A DNA stretch of 49,462 nucleotides from Pseudomonadota bacterium (GCA_918234285.1 CAKJXZ020000022.1:1-49462); one strand, 5' to 3'. Shown: positions 9,662 to 20,611, counted from the first letter of the stretch. Program-made: numbers and translations. The notes: a model not told the origin generated them from the sequence alone.

Positions 9662-11463
9662 TTATCGCCGATTCTCAAGGCCTCAATAAATGCCGACTGC
9701 GGCACTTCCACCTTGCCGAATTGACGCATGCGCTGTTTACCCTTCTTCTGATTATCCAAGAGCTTGCGCTTACGCGTCACATCGCCGCCGTAACACTTGG
9801 CGGTCACATCTTTACGCATCGGCGAAATGGTTTCGCGCGCCACAATGCGCCCGCCGATGGAAGCCTGCAACGGAATTTTGAACAAATGCCGCGGAATCAG
9901 GTCTTTCAAACGCCCGCAAATCTGCCGCCCGCGTGCCTCCGCCTCGGTACGGTTACATAAAAAGGCGAGCGCGTCCACCGGCTCCTCATTAATCAAAATC
10001 TGCACCTTTACCAAATCCGCCGGAGCATAGCCGATAAGTTCGTAATTGAAGCTGGCATAGCCGCTCGAAATTGACTTCAGCCGGTCATAAAAATCAAACA
10101 CGATTTCGCTCAGCGGAATTTTATATACCACCATCGCCCGATTGCCGACATAGGTCAAATCTTCCTGCGTGCCGCGGCGCTCGGTGCAAAGCTTCAAAAT
10201 CGAGCCCAAATACTCGTCCGGCACCATAATCGTTGCCCGCACCATCGGCTCCTCAATCAGCTTAATCGTCGACGGGTCCGGCATATCCGCCGGATTATCG
10301 AGCGTTGCTTCCGTGCCGTTGGTCATATACAACCTATATGCCACCGACGGCGCGGTCGTGATAATATCCAAATCAAATTCGCGGCCGATTCGCTCCTGAA
10401 TAATCTCCATGTGCAACAGCCCCAAAAAGCCGCAACGGAAGCCCAAGCCGAGCGCGCCGGAATTTTCCGGCTGATATTCGATACTGGCGTCGTTGAGTTT
10501 GAGCTTGGCCAGCGCATCTCTGAGCGCGTCATATTGGCTGCTGTCCACCGGAAAAATCGAGCAAAACACCACCGAAACCGATGGCTTAAATCCAGCGAGC
10601 ATTTCGCTGCACGGCTGACGGTTATCGGTAATCGTATCGCCGATTTTGCAGTCATCAACGCTTTTGATACTGGCGGTAATAAACCCGACTTCACCCGCGT
10701 GCAACACCTCAACATCTTTCATTTTCGGCGTAAATACCCCGATTTTATCGATGGTATAATCCAAGCCGGTCGACATCATGCGAATGTTTTGTTTTTTGCG
10801 TAAAGTCCCGTCTTTAATCCGCGCCAAAATCACCACACCCAAATAAGAATCATACCAACTGTCGATTAAGAGTGCTTTGGTCGGCGCGTTTTCTTCGCCC
10901 TGCGGGGCCGGCAGATACTTCACAATCGCCTCGAGCAAATCTTCCACACCGGCGCCGGTTTTGCCGGAAACTTCCACCGCGTTTGACGTATCAAGCCCGA
11001 TAACATCTTCCACCTGCTGCTTAACCCGCGCCACATCGGCCGACGGCAAATCGATTTTGTTGAGTGCCACCACAATTTCGTGGTCATTGTCGAGAGCCAG
11101 ATACACATTGGCCAACGTCTGCGCCTCCACTCCCTGCGTGGCATCCACCACCAGCACCGAGCCTTCGCACGAAGCAAGCGACCGCGACACCTCGTATGTA
11201 AAGTCAACGTGTCCCGGCGTATCAATCAGATTCAGCAAATAAGTTTTGCCGTCTTTGGCCTTATATTCGAGCCGCACCGTCTGCGCCTTAATCGTAATCC
11301 CGCGTTCGCGCTCGATATCCATTGAATCGAGCACCTGCTCGGTCATTTCGCGCTGTTGCAGTCCGCCGCAATATTCAATTATGCGATCGGCTAAAGTCGA
11401 CTTTCCGTGGTCAATATGGGCAATAATCGCAAAGTTGCGTATTAAACTTAAATCGGTCATCAT
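9658..11463 (-). CDS. lepA: Elongation factor 4 (LepA)
   Basis: [67 protein letters not shown]. Confidence 0.98.
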   Translation of the reverse strand: MMTDLSLIRNFAIIAHIDHGKSTLADRIIEYCGGLQQREMTEQVLDSMDIERERGITIKAQTVRLEYKAKDGKTYLLNLIDTPGHVDFTYEVSRSLASCEGSVLVVDATQGVEAQTLANVYLALDNDHEIVVALNKIDLPSADVARVKQQVEDVIGLDTSNAVEVSGKTGAGVEDLLEAIVKYLPAPQGEENAPTKALLIDSWYDSYLGVVILARIKDGTLRKKQNIRMMSTGLDYTIDKIGVFTPKMKDVEVLHAGEVGFITASIKSVDDCKIGDTITDNRQPCSEMLAGFKPSVSVVFCSIFPVDSSQYDALRDALAKLKLNDASIEYQPENSGALGLGFRCGFLGLLHMEIIQERIGREFDLDIITTAPSVAYRLYMTNGTEATLDNPADMPDPSTIKLIEEPMVRATIMVPDEYLGSILKLCTERRGTQEDLTYVGNRAMVVYKIPLSEIVFDFYDRLKSISSGYASFNYELIGYAPADLVKVQILINEEPVDALAFLCNRTEAEARGRQICGRLKDLIPRHLFKIPLQASIGGRIVARETISPMRKDVTAKCYGGDVTRKRKLLDNQKKGKQRMRQFGKVEVPQSAFIEALRIGDN

Positions 11464-11557
11464 GTATCCTATTTCATAAAACTTGCCCTCAACATAATTT
11501 ATTTTTTAGGCATAATCAACAGATATATCCAAACATTCCGCAACAAAAAAGGAAGTA

Positions 11558-12049
11558 TCACATTTGCAGTGATACTTCCTTCTTTTCCTTAAGATATTCT
11601 TTTACTCCCATGACAATGCCCCACAGGAAGAATACCCCTACATTGCATCCGATGATAAACACCCACGTTGAGAGTGAAATATCTGTTAAAATTTCACTGG
11701 CAATAACTGATGTCACCGGTATGCTCAGCGGCACAAAGAATGAGGCAACATTCATTATAAGGGACAAAAATCCCCCGCAGCACCAACACGCGGCGGTTGA
11801 AGTTACCGCCGTGATAATCCACAGCTTGTACCACAGAGATACCGCCCACAGCGTACACACAGTGTCCCAGCATTGTTGGAACATTCCTCCGTTCAAGTGG
11901 CGGATTTCTGCGCACACCAGTGAGTTGTTGCCAATTTCTACGAGGGCTAACACCCACATAGCAATGGATACACCAAACAGCAACATGCTCAGAACGCCGG
12001 CGCCATCGATGTTCACACTCTCATTCTCTACTACGATTTTCTTTTCCAT
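11558..12049 (-). CDS. Hypothetical membrane protein (orphan, about 4 TM)
   Basis: Open frame with several hydrophobic segments, AT-rich leader without SD. Confidence 0.6.
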   Translation of the reverse strand: MEKKIVVENESVNIDGAGVLSMLLFGVSIAMWVLALVEIGNNSLVCAEIRHLNGGMFQQCWDTVCTLWAVSLWYKLWIITAVTSTAACWCCGGFLSLIMNVASFFVPLSIPVTSVIASEILTDISLSTWVFIIGCNVGVFFLWGIVMGVKEYLKEKKEVSLQM

Positions 12050-12353
12050 AATTCTATTTTTTTTGATGAATACTTCTATGTAATAACACTCAAATAAAAA
12101 GCCGTTTTTCCAACCGGAAAATCAACTTTGTCATCATAAAACGGCAAACGTGCGGTTTTAATCAGTACAAAAGAATTATGAAAAAGCCAAATTAAGTTCA
12201 TTCTTAACTTAATTTCATACATAATCCTTATTGTTTTTAACGTCTTAATCATAACATACACGGCATAATTTGTCAAGCCTAACACGCTTTAGCTATTGCC
12301 AAACCCTAAAAAATATGTTTTAATATGCTATATATAAATTAAGGAGGTTTGCC

Positions 12354-12791
12354 ATGCGCAAAATGATTGATATTGATTTCGGTTCTTCGCGTTATAACGA
12401 ATTGGTTGAGTTACGTTACAAAATTTTGTTGGAGCCGCTGGGCTTAAAGTTTCTCGATTCGTTTCGCCCGGAAGAAGCCAAATATCTGCATATCGGTTGC
12501 GTCGAAATGCTTGATAATCGCTTAGTCGGCGGCCTGATTTTGGCTCCGGTTGATGATGAAACCATTCGCCTGATGCAGGTTGCGGTAGATACGATTTATC
12601 AGGGCGAAGGTGTCGGACGCGAACTGGTTGCTTATGCCGAAAAACGCGCGCGTGAAGCCGGATACAAAAAAATCGTGATGCATGCCATGCTGTTTGTGGT
12701 CGGTTTTTACGAAAAAATGGGTTATAAGGCCGAGGGCGAACCGTTTGCCGAACAAGGCATAACCTTCATGAAAATGGTAAAGAAACTGTAG
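12354..12791 (+). CDS. GNAT family N-acetyltransferase
   Basis: LR..IL..PLG, QVAVD..YQGEGVG, GFYEKMGY; AGGAGG RBS. Confidence 0.92.
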   Translation: MRKMIDIDFGSSRYNELVELRYKILLEPLGLKFLDSFRPEEAKYLHIGCVEMLDNRLVGGLILAPVDDETIRLMQVAVDTIYQGEGVGRELVAYAEKRAREAGYKKIVMHAMLFVVGFYEKMGYKAEGEPFAEQGITFMKMVKKL

Positions 12792-12798
12792 GTGTGCA

Positions 12799-13680
12799 AT
12801 GAAAAAAGACAATCTCTACATTAATGATTTTATGCATAAACTTTGCCGTCAACGCTATGATGTCAACGGCAACGATTTGGCTGATGAATGTTTGCAAACA
12901 TTGCGTGACATCTTACCGCCGAGTGAATTCAGTGAAGTTCTGACATTTAATAATGCGGTACGCTCGTTTGAACATTTGGCGATGGAAGAAGATGTAGATA
13001 TTGAAGATAAAAAAAATATTGAAGCCGCACAAAAATACGAAGCTTTGGTTGATAACGCTCCGATTTATCCGGAAAATAAGGCGGCGCTTTATGATACCCT
13101 GCTCGGTTTTATTGATATTAACGGCGGCGGAAATAAACGGTATATGGAAGTTTTGCGCAAAAAGGTTGATGTAATAGATAAAAATCAGGATGCTGCCTTA
13201 AATCTGGCGGCAAAACAGGCTTTTTTACATAACAAAGGCGCTTCTCGCGAGGTTTATTTAAACATTATGCATCGCCTTTTTGAAAAAACGGAAAATAAAT
13301 TTTCATTTACATTTTTAAGTGAGCTCGGACTGGTTAAAGATAAAAACAATAAAAAATTCATTTCTGCGGCTAGAATGACCCCGCAACAGCGTCTTACCAG
13401 ATTATCAGTCATTCAAGCGATTGTTAAAGAACCTCTTGCCGTAACTTCGCGCATTCCTCTTTTGGAGGAAGGATTGAAATTAGCCGAAAACAACTTGCGC
13501 CACCGCAACGAAAATTTTGAACTTAAGCGCGATTTCAGCACTCAGTTGCAAAAAGATTATTACGCAATCGGTGACTACGCTGCTGGCAACAAACACGCTC
13601 TCAATATAAATAAATGGGATCGTAGCTTTAATCTGGCGTTGGAATACGGACTGGCTAAAAAAGAAAAAGAATATAAATAA
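12799..13680 (+). CDS. Hypothetical protein (helical)
   Basis: 293-aa ORF directly after the GNAT gene; no recognisable motif. Confidence 0.7.
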   Translation: MKKDNLYINDFMHKLCRQRYDVNGNDLADECLQTLRDILPPSEFSEVLTFNNAVRSFEHLAMEEDVDIEDKKNIEAAQKYEALVDNAPIYPENKAALYDTLLGFIDINGGGNKRYMEVLRKKVDVIDKNQDAALNLAAKQAFLHNKGASREVYLNIMHRLFEKTENKFSFTFLSELGLVKDKNNKKFISAARMTPQQRLTRLSVIQAIVKEPLAVTSRIPLLEEGLKLAENNLRHRNENFELKRDFSTQLQKDYYAIGDYAAGNKHALNINKWDRSFNLALEYGLAKKEKEYK

Positions 13681-13683
13681 CCC

Positions 13684-14274
13684 CTATTTTTCCAACACCG
13701 TCAAGCCGGCAATGTAAGTATTTACTAAAATCTGACAGATAGTCTTTTTATCCGCCTTGGCAAACGGGTCGAGCACATCTTTGGCCAAAAACGAACTGAC
13801 GGCAAACAAACACAGCCACAGCACCTGCGACGAGAGTATCTGCTCCGGCCGTTCCATACCCGGCACGCTTTGCAACACCACCTTATTGAGCAAATGCACT
13901 ATATCTGCCACTTTGCGCAGATAATAAACCGAATAAATGCGCTCCGGATGCGTCAAATGAAAATTAAACAGCAAATACCACAGATTTTTATTTTCCAACA
14001 CAAAATCAACAAATTCCTGTACCAAAACATTGGCGTCGGTAAAAGCATCATCGGAAACCGCCACACGTTTAAGCCGTTCATGCAGTGCTTCCAACGTCAT
14101 AAAATTCTGAATAATTATAAAATTATCCATATTAGAAAACTGGTTATAAATCGCCCCCACCGAGCAACCCGAAGCCTCGGAAAGTTTGCGCACCGTCAAC
14201 GCGTCGGTCCCTTTTTCCCTGACCAATTGCCGCCCGATGTCTATCAATAACTTCTGTATATTATCTTTTTCCAT
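13684..14274 (-). CDS. TetR/AcrR family transcriptional regulator
   Basis: G.DALTVRKLSEASGCSVGAIYNQFSN HTH. Confidence 0.9.
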   Translation of the reverse strand: MEKDNIQKLLIDIGRQLVREKGTDALTVRKLSEASGCSVGAIYNQFSNMDNFIIIQNFMTLEALHERLKRVAVSDDAFTDANVLVQEFVDFVLENKNLWYLLFNFHLTHPERIYSVYYLRKVADIVHLLNKVVLQSVPGMERPEQILSSQVLWLCLFAVSSFLAKDVLDPFAKADKKTICQILVNTYIAGLTVLEK

Positions 14275-14387
14275 TTGCCCGAAATAAACTTTATTAATTT
14301 AACAAATTATTTGTATTTTAAAGTTAAAATAGCGCAAAGAAAAACAGGTTTCAATTTTATTTTTGCGGTTATCATAAGGAATAATTC

Positions 14388-15689
14388 ATGTATAGTTTTA
14401 TTTTGGGATTCTTGGTAATGATTGTGGGCTTATTGCCGCACGTCAGTTTAGCTCAGCTTGATTTGGAAGAACTTTTGACCGAGCCGGAGGCCGTTGAAGA
14501 AAAAGTTAAGGCAGAAGAAACAACGGAAAAAGATGCTGAAGTGACGGAAGAAGATACTGCTGAAGCAACGGAAGATACCGAAGTAACGGAAGAAGATACC
14601 GAAACTGCCGCGGCGGAAGATATTGCTCCGACCGCAGAGGATGAAGCTACAGATACGCAAACAAAATCTGATGAAGAAATTGTGCCGGAGACCGACACAG
14701 ACGCAGAAATAAACACAGATACCGCAACCGAGCCGAAAGCGGAAGATTCGGTAAATACTCCGGAAGAAAGCGCCGAAGCCATTTTGCCCGAAGATATTAA
14801 TGAAAAACAGGAAGTTACACCTGACGAAACCACCGAGCCGGCCAAAGCCAAAACTGCAGCTGAAGACGACTTTATGGCGCAATATATCGATGAATTAAGC
14901 GAACAAGAACAGGAAAACACACAAGCCAAAGAAATGCGCAGCAGTGCCATGCAATTGATTATGCAAAAAGACAACACCGCCGTTTTTTCCGATGATTATG
15001 CTCGCGAGCTTCAGGAAAGAAGCGCCAGAATCCGCGAAGAACAGAAAAAGTTGCTGCAAGAACACAATATAGAAAAAGAAGGAACGGCCACCGAATCGAC
15101 CGCCGCACCGCAACAAACTGAAACTCCGGCCGGCACCGAAGCAAATAAAAGTGCGCCGTTTGGCATGACTTGGGGCGCTTCGCAAGAAGAAACCGAAGAA
15201 AGCGGCTTTGAATTGGAACAAGTCAGTGCCGAAAACATCGTTAACATTTTCATTATCAAAAATCCACGGCAAAAACGCGCTGTTTTCGACAAGGTAACCG
15301 CAGTATTCGGCGAGCAAAATCACATGTATGCGGTTTATGCCCAAACCCCGGCGCAAGACGATATGCCAAATGCCGAAAAAGCCTTAAAACTGTATCACGA
15401 ATACTACGCAGCACTCGAGAAGAAATACGGTAATGCCGAAGAACATTACAGCCCGAATAAAGAACATTCAACTTCCTTAAAAGAAGTCGGGTACGATCAT
15501 TTTTTGCAAGACTTAAAAGAGGATAAAGCCTTTTTGTATGCAACTTTTTCCGATAACACATTGAAGATAACTCTTTCGGTTTTGGTTGATGCCGATGCAC
15601 ACAGCTATATTGCGCTCGATTATGAGAACACGCAAATACAATCGCAGGAAAAAGAAGAAAATCTCAACGATTTGATAAACGACTTATAA
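14388..15689 (+). CDS. Exported acidic (E/T/D/A-rich) protein with C-terminal globular domain
   Basis: Signal peptide, EVTEEDT repeats, C-domain starting APFGMTWG. Confidence 0.8.
   Translation: MYSFILGFLVMIVGLLPHVSLAQLDLEELLTEPEAVEEKVKAEETTEKDAEVTEEDTAEATEDTEVTEEDTETAAAEDIAPTAEDEATDTQTKSDEEIVPETDTDAEINTDTATEPKAEDSVNTPEESAEAILPEDINEKQEVTPDETTEPAKAKTAAEDDFMAQYIDELSEQEQENTQAKEMRSSAMQLIMQKDNTAVFSDDYARELQERSARIREEQKKLLQEHNIEKEGTATESTAAPQQTETPAGTEANKSAPFGMTWGASQEETEESGFELEQVSAENIVNIFIIKNPRQKRAVFDKVTAVFGEQNHMYAVYAQTPAQDDMPNAEKALKLYHEYYAALEKKYGNAEEHYSPNKEHSTSLKEVGYDHFLQDLKEDKAFLYATFSDNTLKITLSVLVDADAHSYIALDYENTQIQSQEKEENLNDLINDL
14538..14599 (+). repeat. Intragenic 20-bp direct repeat (EVTEEDT)
   Basis: gaagtgacggaagaagatac (14538-14557) and gaagtaacggaagaagatac (14580-14599). 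Confidence 0.7.
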
Positions 15690-15701
15690 GGGGACAACAC
15701 C

Positions 15702-17066
15702 ATGGTTAAAGTAAGTTTTTGCGGAATTTCCGGTAGCGGTATGAGCTCGCTGGCTCAGGTTTTAAGGCTCTCCGGATACGAAGTACAAGGCTCCGATCGC
15801 AACTTTGATCTGGGGCGCGATTTAGCTACCAAGGAAGCCATGGAAAAAATGGGTATTACCATTTTTCCGCAAGACGGCTCTGCCATATCCGACGATTTAG
15901 CCTGGCTTTGTGCCTCAACCGCGGTTGAAGAAACCATTCCGGATATAAAAGTTGCCAAAGAAAAAAATATATCGATAAAAACTCGTCCGCAGTTGCTTTC
16001 GGAAATTTTCAACAATTACAAATACGGCATTGCCGTCGGCGGAACCAGCGGCAAAACCACTACTACCGCCATGATAGGCTTCATTCTTGACAAGGCCGCC
16101 AAAAACCCGTGCATGATTAACGGCGGCCTGCTTCGCGATTATGAAAACACCTCTGCCATTTCCAATATGATTTATAATCACGGCGACATTTGCGTGGTAG
16201 AGGCCGATGAAAGCAACGGCTCCATCGATTTGTATAATCCGTATATTGCGTTGGTGACCAATATTTCCGAAGACCACAAAACCATTGAAGAACTGCTGAC
16301 CATGTTTCAAAATTTTGCCAACCGTGCTTCACGCAGCATTATCATCAATGCCGATTATGAATTATGTCGCAGTTTAGCCCATAACAAACCGTGCCTGACT
16401 TTTTCCACCCACAGCAACGATGCGGATTTTTATGCCACCAACATCAAACCGCTGCCGGGAGGAACTCAATACGATTTTAACGGCACTACCTACACGCTTA
16501 ACCTAATCGGCGAATTTAACGTAGCCAATGCTTTGGCGGCCATTGCCGCCTGTTCCGAAATGGGGATTTCTACCGATGTTTCCGCCACCATTCTGCAAGA
16601 TTTTCACGGCACCAAGCGCCGCCTTGAGGTCATCGGCGAAAAAAACAATATTACCGTAATCGATGACTTTGCTCACAATCCCGACAAAGTCAAGTCATCC
16701 GTCAAAGCTCTGCGCCAATATGACGGTCGCCTGATTGTCATGTTTCAGCCGCACGGCTTTGGCCCGATGCGCGCGCTCGGCAAAGAAATTATGGCGGAGT
16801 TCGTAAACAATATGAATGATGACGATATTCTGATTATGCCGGAAATTTTCTTTGTCGGCGGTACCGTAACTAAAGACATTTCTTCGGCCGATTTAATTGA
16901 TTATGCTCACCAACTCGGCAAAAAAGAAGCATATTTCGTTGCCGACAAGGCTGCCGCCGCCGACGCAATTTTAAAAGCGGCAAAACCCGGCGATCGCATT
17001 GTGATTATGGGCGCCCGCGATAACTCTCTGACCGATTTGTGCCGGCAAATATTGGAGAAAATCTGA
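15702..17066 (+). CDS. Mur ligase, MurC/Mpl-like (peptidoglycan recycling)
   Basis: GISGSGMSSLA, GSD, AVGGTSGKTTTT, VEADES, DH, RRLE, DDFAHNP, FQPH; coupled to an LD-carboxypeptidase. Confidence 0.88.
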   Translation: MVKVSFCGISGSGMSSLAQVLRLSGYEVQGSDRNFDLGRDLATKEAMEKMGITIFPQDGSAISDDLAWLCASTAVEETIPDIKVAKEKNISIKTRPQLLSEIFNNYKYGIAVGGTSGKTTTTAMIGFILDKAAKNPCMINGGLLRDYENTSAISNMIYNHGDICVVEADESNGSIDLYNPYIALVTNISEDHKTIEELLTMFQNFANRASRSIIINADYELCRSLAHNKPCLTFSTHSNDADFYATNIKPLPGGTQYDFNGTTYTLNLIGEFNVANALAAIAACSEMGISTDVSATILQDFHGTKRRLEVIGEKNNITVIDDFAHNPDKVKSSVKALRQYDGRLIVMFQPHGFGPMRALGKEIMAEFVNNMNDDDILIMPEIFFVGGTVTKDISSADLIDYAHQLGKKEAYFVADKAAAADAILKAAKPGDRIVIMGARDNSLTDLCRQILEKI

Positions 17067-17957
17067 ATGATAAAAATAAAACCAGGTGATAAAGCGGCTA
17101 TTATCGCACCGTCCGCGCAAATCGGCGATATTGCAAAAATCCGACCGGCAATCGAATATATCAAAAGTCTCGGGCTGATCCCGGTACTCGGTAAAAACTT
17201 ATGCAAAGTCAATCGCTATATGGCCGGTAGCGATGAAGAACGCGCCGCCGATATCAATACCGCGCTGGCCGATCCGGAAATAAAAGTTATTTTCTGTGCT
17301 CGCGCCGCCGCCGGCGGATTGCGTGTTTTGCCGCATATCGATTACGAATTGGCCAAGCGCTGTCCCAAGCCGCTGATAGGCTTTTGTGACAATGCCGCCG
17401 TCCAAATTGCACTGCGGCAAAAAAGCGGCTTGATTTCCTACAACGGTTTCGGACTGGCTTACGATTTCCGCTCCGACACGCTTGATGCGCAAATAGACGC
17501 CGATTTACGACGTTTGCTCGCCGGTGATATATACACGATAAAATCCGGCCGAACTCTGCGCCGCGGCACAGCCAAAGGCCAGCTCATCTGTGCCAATCTC
17601 AGCACGTTGATGCGGATGGCCGGAACTCCGTATTTTCCGGATTTAAGCGCTAAAATTTTGCTCCTTGAAGACGTACACGAAAAAGTTTATCGCATTGATT
17701 TAATGCTGCAACAGCTCAAACAACAGCCGAATTTTGCTAAAGTTGCCGGTGTTATTTTCGGCCGCTTTACCGATGCCGAAAGTGATGCCGAAGATGGTAC
17801 GATTGACGATTGTTTTGCCGATTTTATACAAGACACGGCTTTTCCGGTCATTGCCGATTTTGATTTCGGCCACACTCCGTCGCGCCGCATTCTGCCCATC
17901 GGGGGCGACGTCGAGCTCAATGCCGATACTGCCGAGTTAAAGATTCTGCATTATTAA
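17067..17957 (+). CDS. LD-carboxypeptidase (peptidase S66) family protein with Cys at the nucleophile position
   Basis: IIAPS, AGSDEERAAD, K.LIGFCD (canonical GYSD), LLLEDV.E, FGH. Confidence 0.88.
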   Translation: MIKIKPGDKAAIIAPSAQIGDIAKIRPAIEYIKSLGLIPVLGKNLCKVNRYMAGSDEERAADINTALADPEIKVIFCARAAAGGLRVLPHIDYELAKRCPKPLIGFCDNAAVQIALRQKSGLISYNGFGLAYDFRSDTLDAQIDADLRRLLAGDIYTIKSGRTLRRGTAKGQLICANLSTLMRMAGTPYFPDLSAKILLLEDVHEKVYRIDLMLQQLKQQPNFAKVAGVIFGRFTDAESDAEDGTIDDCFADFIQDTAFPVIADFDFGHTPSRRILPIGGDVELNADTAELKILHY

Positions 17958-18620
17958 TCTCGCCACGCGATGCCAATTATCTATATTGAGTTTGGTTACC
18001 AAACGCAAATAAAGGTCGACGCCTTCCCATAATTTGCTGTTGAATGCCAACATCATTCCGGTGGTGTATAAATTGGCGCCGACGATGAATATAATGGAAA
18101 ATATGTAGCCTTCTTTGATTATATCGGTCTGTTTCGGATGCACCTGTTCCAACACGGTTGCCCAATAATAAGCGATAAAATAACCGTATACACCGTAAAC
18201 CAGCCAATGCCCGTCGCTAATTCTCAGCAAAATCGGCATTATCAACATATAGAAAAAGGCAAACAGCGGGAAAAAATACGGCGCCAGCGTAATCAGCCAG
18301 TTGCCGCCGCCCTTAACCACCATCGAGCCGCCGCTGCCGTCGGGATTTATCCGTACCCGCCCGGCATCATGAAAAGTCAGCATGGCAAAAAATGTATGCG
18401 TCAACTCGTGCGAAATTACCTGCATGGTATGGCAGTTATTATAGCCGGCAACAAAAATCATCAGAACATAGACCGCCATTCCGCAACCCATAGCATAATA
18501 CTTCACGTTGCGAAAATTGAAATAGTCGTACGATTGCAGCAACGCCGGTATAGACAGCAGCAAAAACATCGCTACCGGCCACTTCAACCACTTTAATATA
18601 AAATCGATAATTCGCGCCAT
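17937..18620 (-). CDS. M50B-like membrane metallopeptidase
   Basis: Multiple TM segments, HELTH, LAPYFFP, downstream QTD. Confidence 0.7.
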   Translation of the reverse strand: MARIIDFILKWLKWPVAMFLLLSIPALLQSYDYFNFRNVKYYAMGCGMAVYVLMIFVAGYNNCHTMQVISHELTHTFFAMLTFHDAGRVRINPDGSGGSMVVKGGGNWLITLAPYFFPLFAFFYMLIMPILLRISDGHWLVYGVYGYFIAYYWATVLEQVHPKQTDIIKEGYIFSIIFIVGANLYTTGMMLAFNSKLWEGVDLYLRLVTKLNIDNWHRVARLIMQNL

Positions 18621-18698
18621 TTTCCCTCTTATTATCCAAATATTAACTTAAATATCCTAAAATTCAACTAAAATAAACCACATTCCACGGAGGCATAT

Positions 18699-18995
18699 AT
18701 GACTTTTGATCCGAATACTTTTGACTTTTTAATCAGCGAAGAAAACGAAGTTATGCTGATTATTTATGCGCGTGATATTGCGCCGGAAGATCCGATTGTC
18801 CGCCTCAATCCGGAGCAAAAAAACGTCGAGCTCTATCGCCGCAGAAACGATGCTTTCACTCTGGAATCCGTCAGCGAAGATGTGTTTGCAATCTTACGAA
18901 ACGAAGAAAAACTGCTGGTGTGCGAAATTTTACCGACCGATGACCCGGATGAAACCGAGATAGTTTACACCTACGAAGCCCTGATTGTAGAATAA
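18699..18995 (+). CDS. Small acidic hypothetical protein, paralog of 43696..44016
   Basis: GGAGG RBS; shares EVML..R...PEDP...LYR...LV.EI pattern. Confidence 0.8.
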   Translation: MTFDPNTFDFLISEENEVMLIIYARDIAPEDPIVRLNPEQKNVELYRRRNDAFTLESVSEDVFAILRNEEKLLVCEILPTDDPDETEIVYTYEALIVE

Positions 18996-19142
18996 TATCA
19001 AAAAAATTCATTTTTTGTATTGTAAAATCAATAAGTTATTAAATTTTTAAATTATACATACCTGAATGTATATTTATTTTATTGCATTTTTTCTCATTTT
19101 AAATTACATATAAATTATAAACTGATTTTTATGGAGGGAAAA

Positions 19143-19496
19143 ATGAAAAAATTAATGTTCGTTCTTGCTTTTTCGCTTGTATTCAGCCCGATGCTGGCCA
19201 ATGCGGAAACAATCATTGTGGTTGACCAAAACAACATTGTGCGTCAGCAACTGTATACCCAGCCTTCGTCAACGCAAATTATTCAGCCGCAACCGGTTTA
19301 TGTTCAGCCGCAACAAGTGTATGTACAACAACCGCCGCAAACCGTTGTGGTGCGCCAAACTGCCGTTCCGCGGTCATACTACTATGATCCGATTGCGACC
19401 GGTTTGCTAGTAGGCTTCACCGGTGCGGTTATCGGCAATGCCCTGTTTCGTCATCACCATCATCACGGAGGAGGACACCATCACCATCATCACTGA
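19143..19496 (+). CDS. Small exported Gln/Pro-rich protein with poly-His tail
   Basis: Signal peptide MKKLMF...ANA, QP repeats, hydrophobic Gly-rich segment, HHHHHHGGGHHHHHH end; GGAGG RBS. Confidence 0.85.
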   Translation: MKKLMFVLAFSLVFSPMLANAETIIVVDQNNIVRQQLYTQPSSTQIIQPQPVYVQPQQVYVQQPPQTVVVRQTAVPRSYYYDPIATGLLVGFTGAVIGNALFRHHHHHGGGHHHHHH

Positions 19497-19544
19497 TAAC
19501 AAAATTTGAACAACTATACAAACTTAGAGTATTTTCATGAAATT

Positions 19545-19575
19545 CAGCCGCCGGAAAATCCGACGGCTGTTTTTT
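19545..19575 (+). terminator. Rho-independent terminator
   Basis: cagccgccgga-aaa-tccgacggctg followed by T run, between convergent genes. Confidence 0.75.
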
Positions 19576-19597
19576 ATATTCCGAATTCACAAACATT

Positions 19598-20611
19598 CTA
19601 CGGGCGTTTGCCGTATTCTACCAAACGATGCCGCACCAATCCGCGCAACGATACTTCCGGCCGAGCGCCGTAGTGCGTAATCACTTCCGCCGCCGTAATG
19701 CCGCCGATGGTGGCACAAGTCCCCAAACTGCGCCCGTTGGAAAGTCCGTAAAGAAAACCGGCCGCGTACAAATCGCCGGCACCGGTAGAATCCACCACAT
19801 CTTCAATTTTTTCGGCTTCAACAAATATTTTTTCGCGGCCGTGCACCACCACCGAACCGCGGCTGTCGCGGGTAATGGCGGCAATATGCACAAGCGATTT
19901 AACCTCATCGAGCGCCGCATAAAAATTATCCGTATCAAATAAAAGCTTCAATTCTTCTTCGTTGGCAAACAAAATATCCACATAATCGGCAATCATCTTG
20001 AGCATTTCCTGCCGATGTTTTCTTACACACGATTTGGCCGAAACGCTGAAAACCACTTCGCGTCCGTGTTTATGCGCCAGTTCACAAGCCTTAAACATGG
20101 CTTTTTGCTCCACCGGCTCATCCCACAGATATCCCTCCAAAAACAAAAACTTCGATTCGCTGATGATTTTCTCGTCAATATCGGCTTCCGAAAGTTTGCG
20201 CGCCGCTCCCAAATAAGTGAACATCGAGCGCTCGGCATCGGGAGTTACCAACACCACACTGCGCCCTGTTGCCGGACCTTCGGTCAGCGGCTCCGTAAAA
20301 AAGTCAATACCGGCCATGGCAATATTGCGCTGAAACAGCTGTCCGAGTTCGTCATCATGTACCTTACCGATATAAGCGCAATCAGCACCGAGCGATGCCA
20401 TACCGGAAACGGTATTGGCCGCCGCCCCACCCGAAACCTGCAATTCCGGAATCACGTCGGCATAAATCTTACCCGCTTCCACTGCTTCCACCAATGTCAT
20501 CGACCCTTTATCCAAACCGCGTTCGGTCAAAAAAGTATCACCGACCTTAGCCAACACATCAACAATCGCATTGCCGATACCTACCACATCATAAACCGTT
20601 TCTGCCATCAT
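19598..20611 (-). CDS. PfkB family kinase (adenosine kinase-like)
   Basis: GIGNAIVD, GGAAANT, ERSMFTYLGA, FANEEE, DSTGAGDLYAAGFLYG. Confidence 0.92.
   Translation of the reverse strand: MMAETVYDVVGIGNAIVDVLAKVGDTFLTERGLDKGSMTLVEAVEAGKIYADVIPELQVSGGAAANTVSGMASLGADCAYIGKVHDDELGQLFQRNIAMAGIDFFTEPLTEGPATGRSVVLVTPDAERSMFTYLGAARKLSEADIDEKIISESKFLFLEGYLWDEPVEQKAMFKACELAHKHGREVVFSVSAKSCVRKHRQEMLKMIADYVDILFANEEELKLLFDTDNFYAALDEVKSLVHIAAITRDSRGSVVVHGREKIFVEAEKIEDVVDSTGAGDLYAAGFLYGLSNGRSLGTCATIGGITAAEVITHYGARPEVSLRGLVRHRLVEYGKRP

Noticed and set aside
12192-12207. Additional CtrA box
   Set aside because: TTAA half-sites are 8 nt apart, not 7.
19026-19038. IHF consensus AATCAAtaagTTA
   Set aside because: Single degenerate match in very AT-rich DNA with no supporting context.
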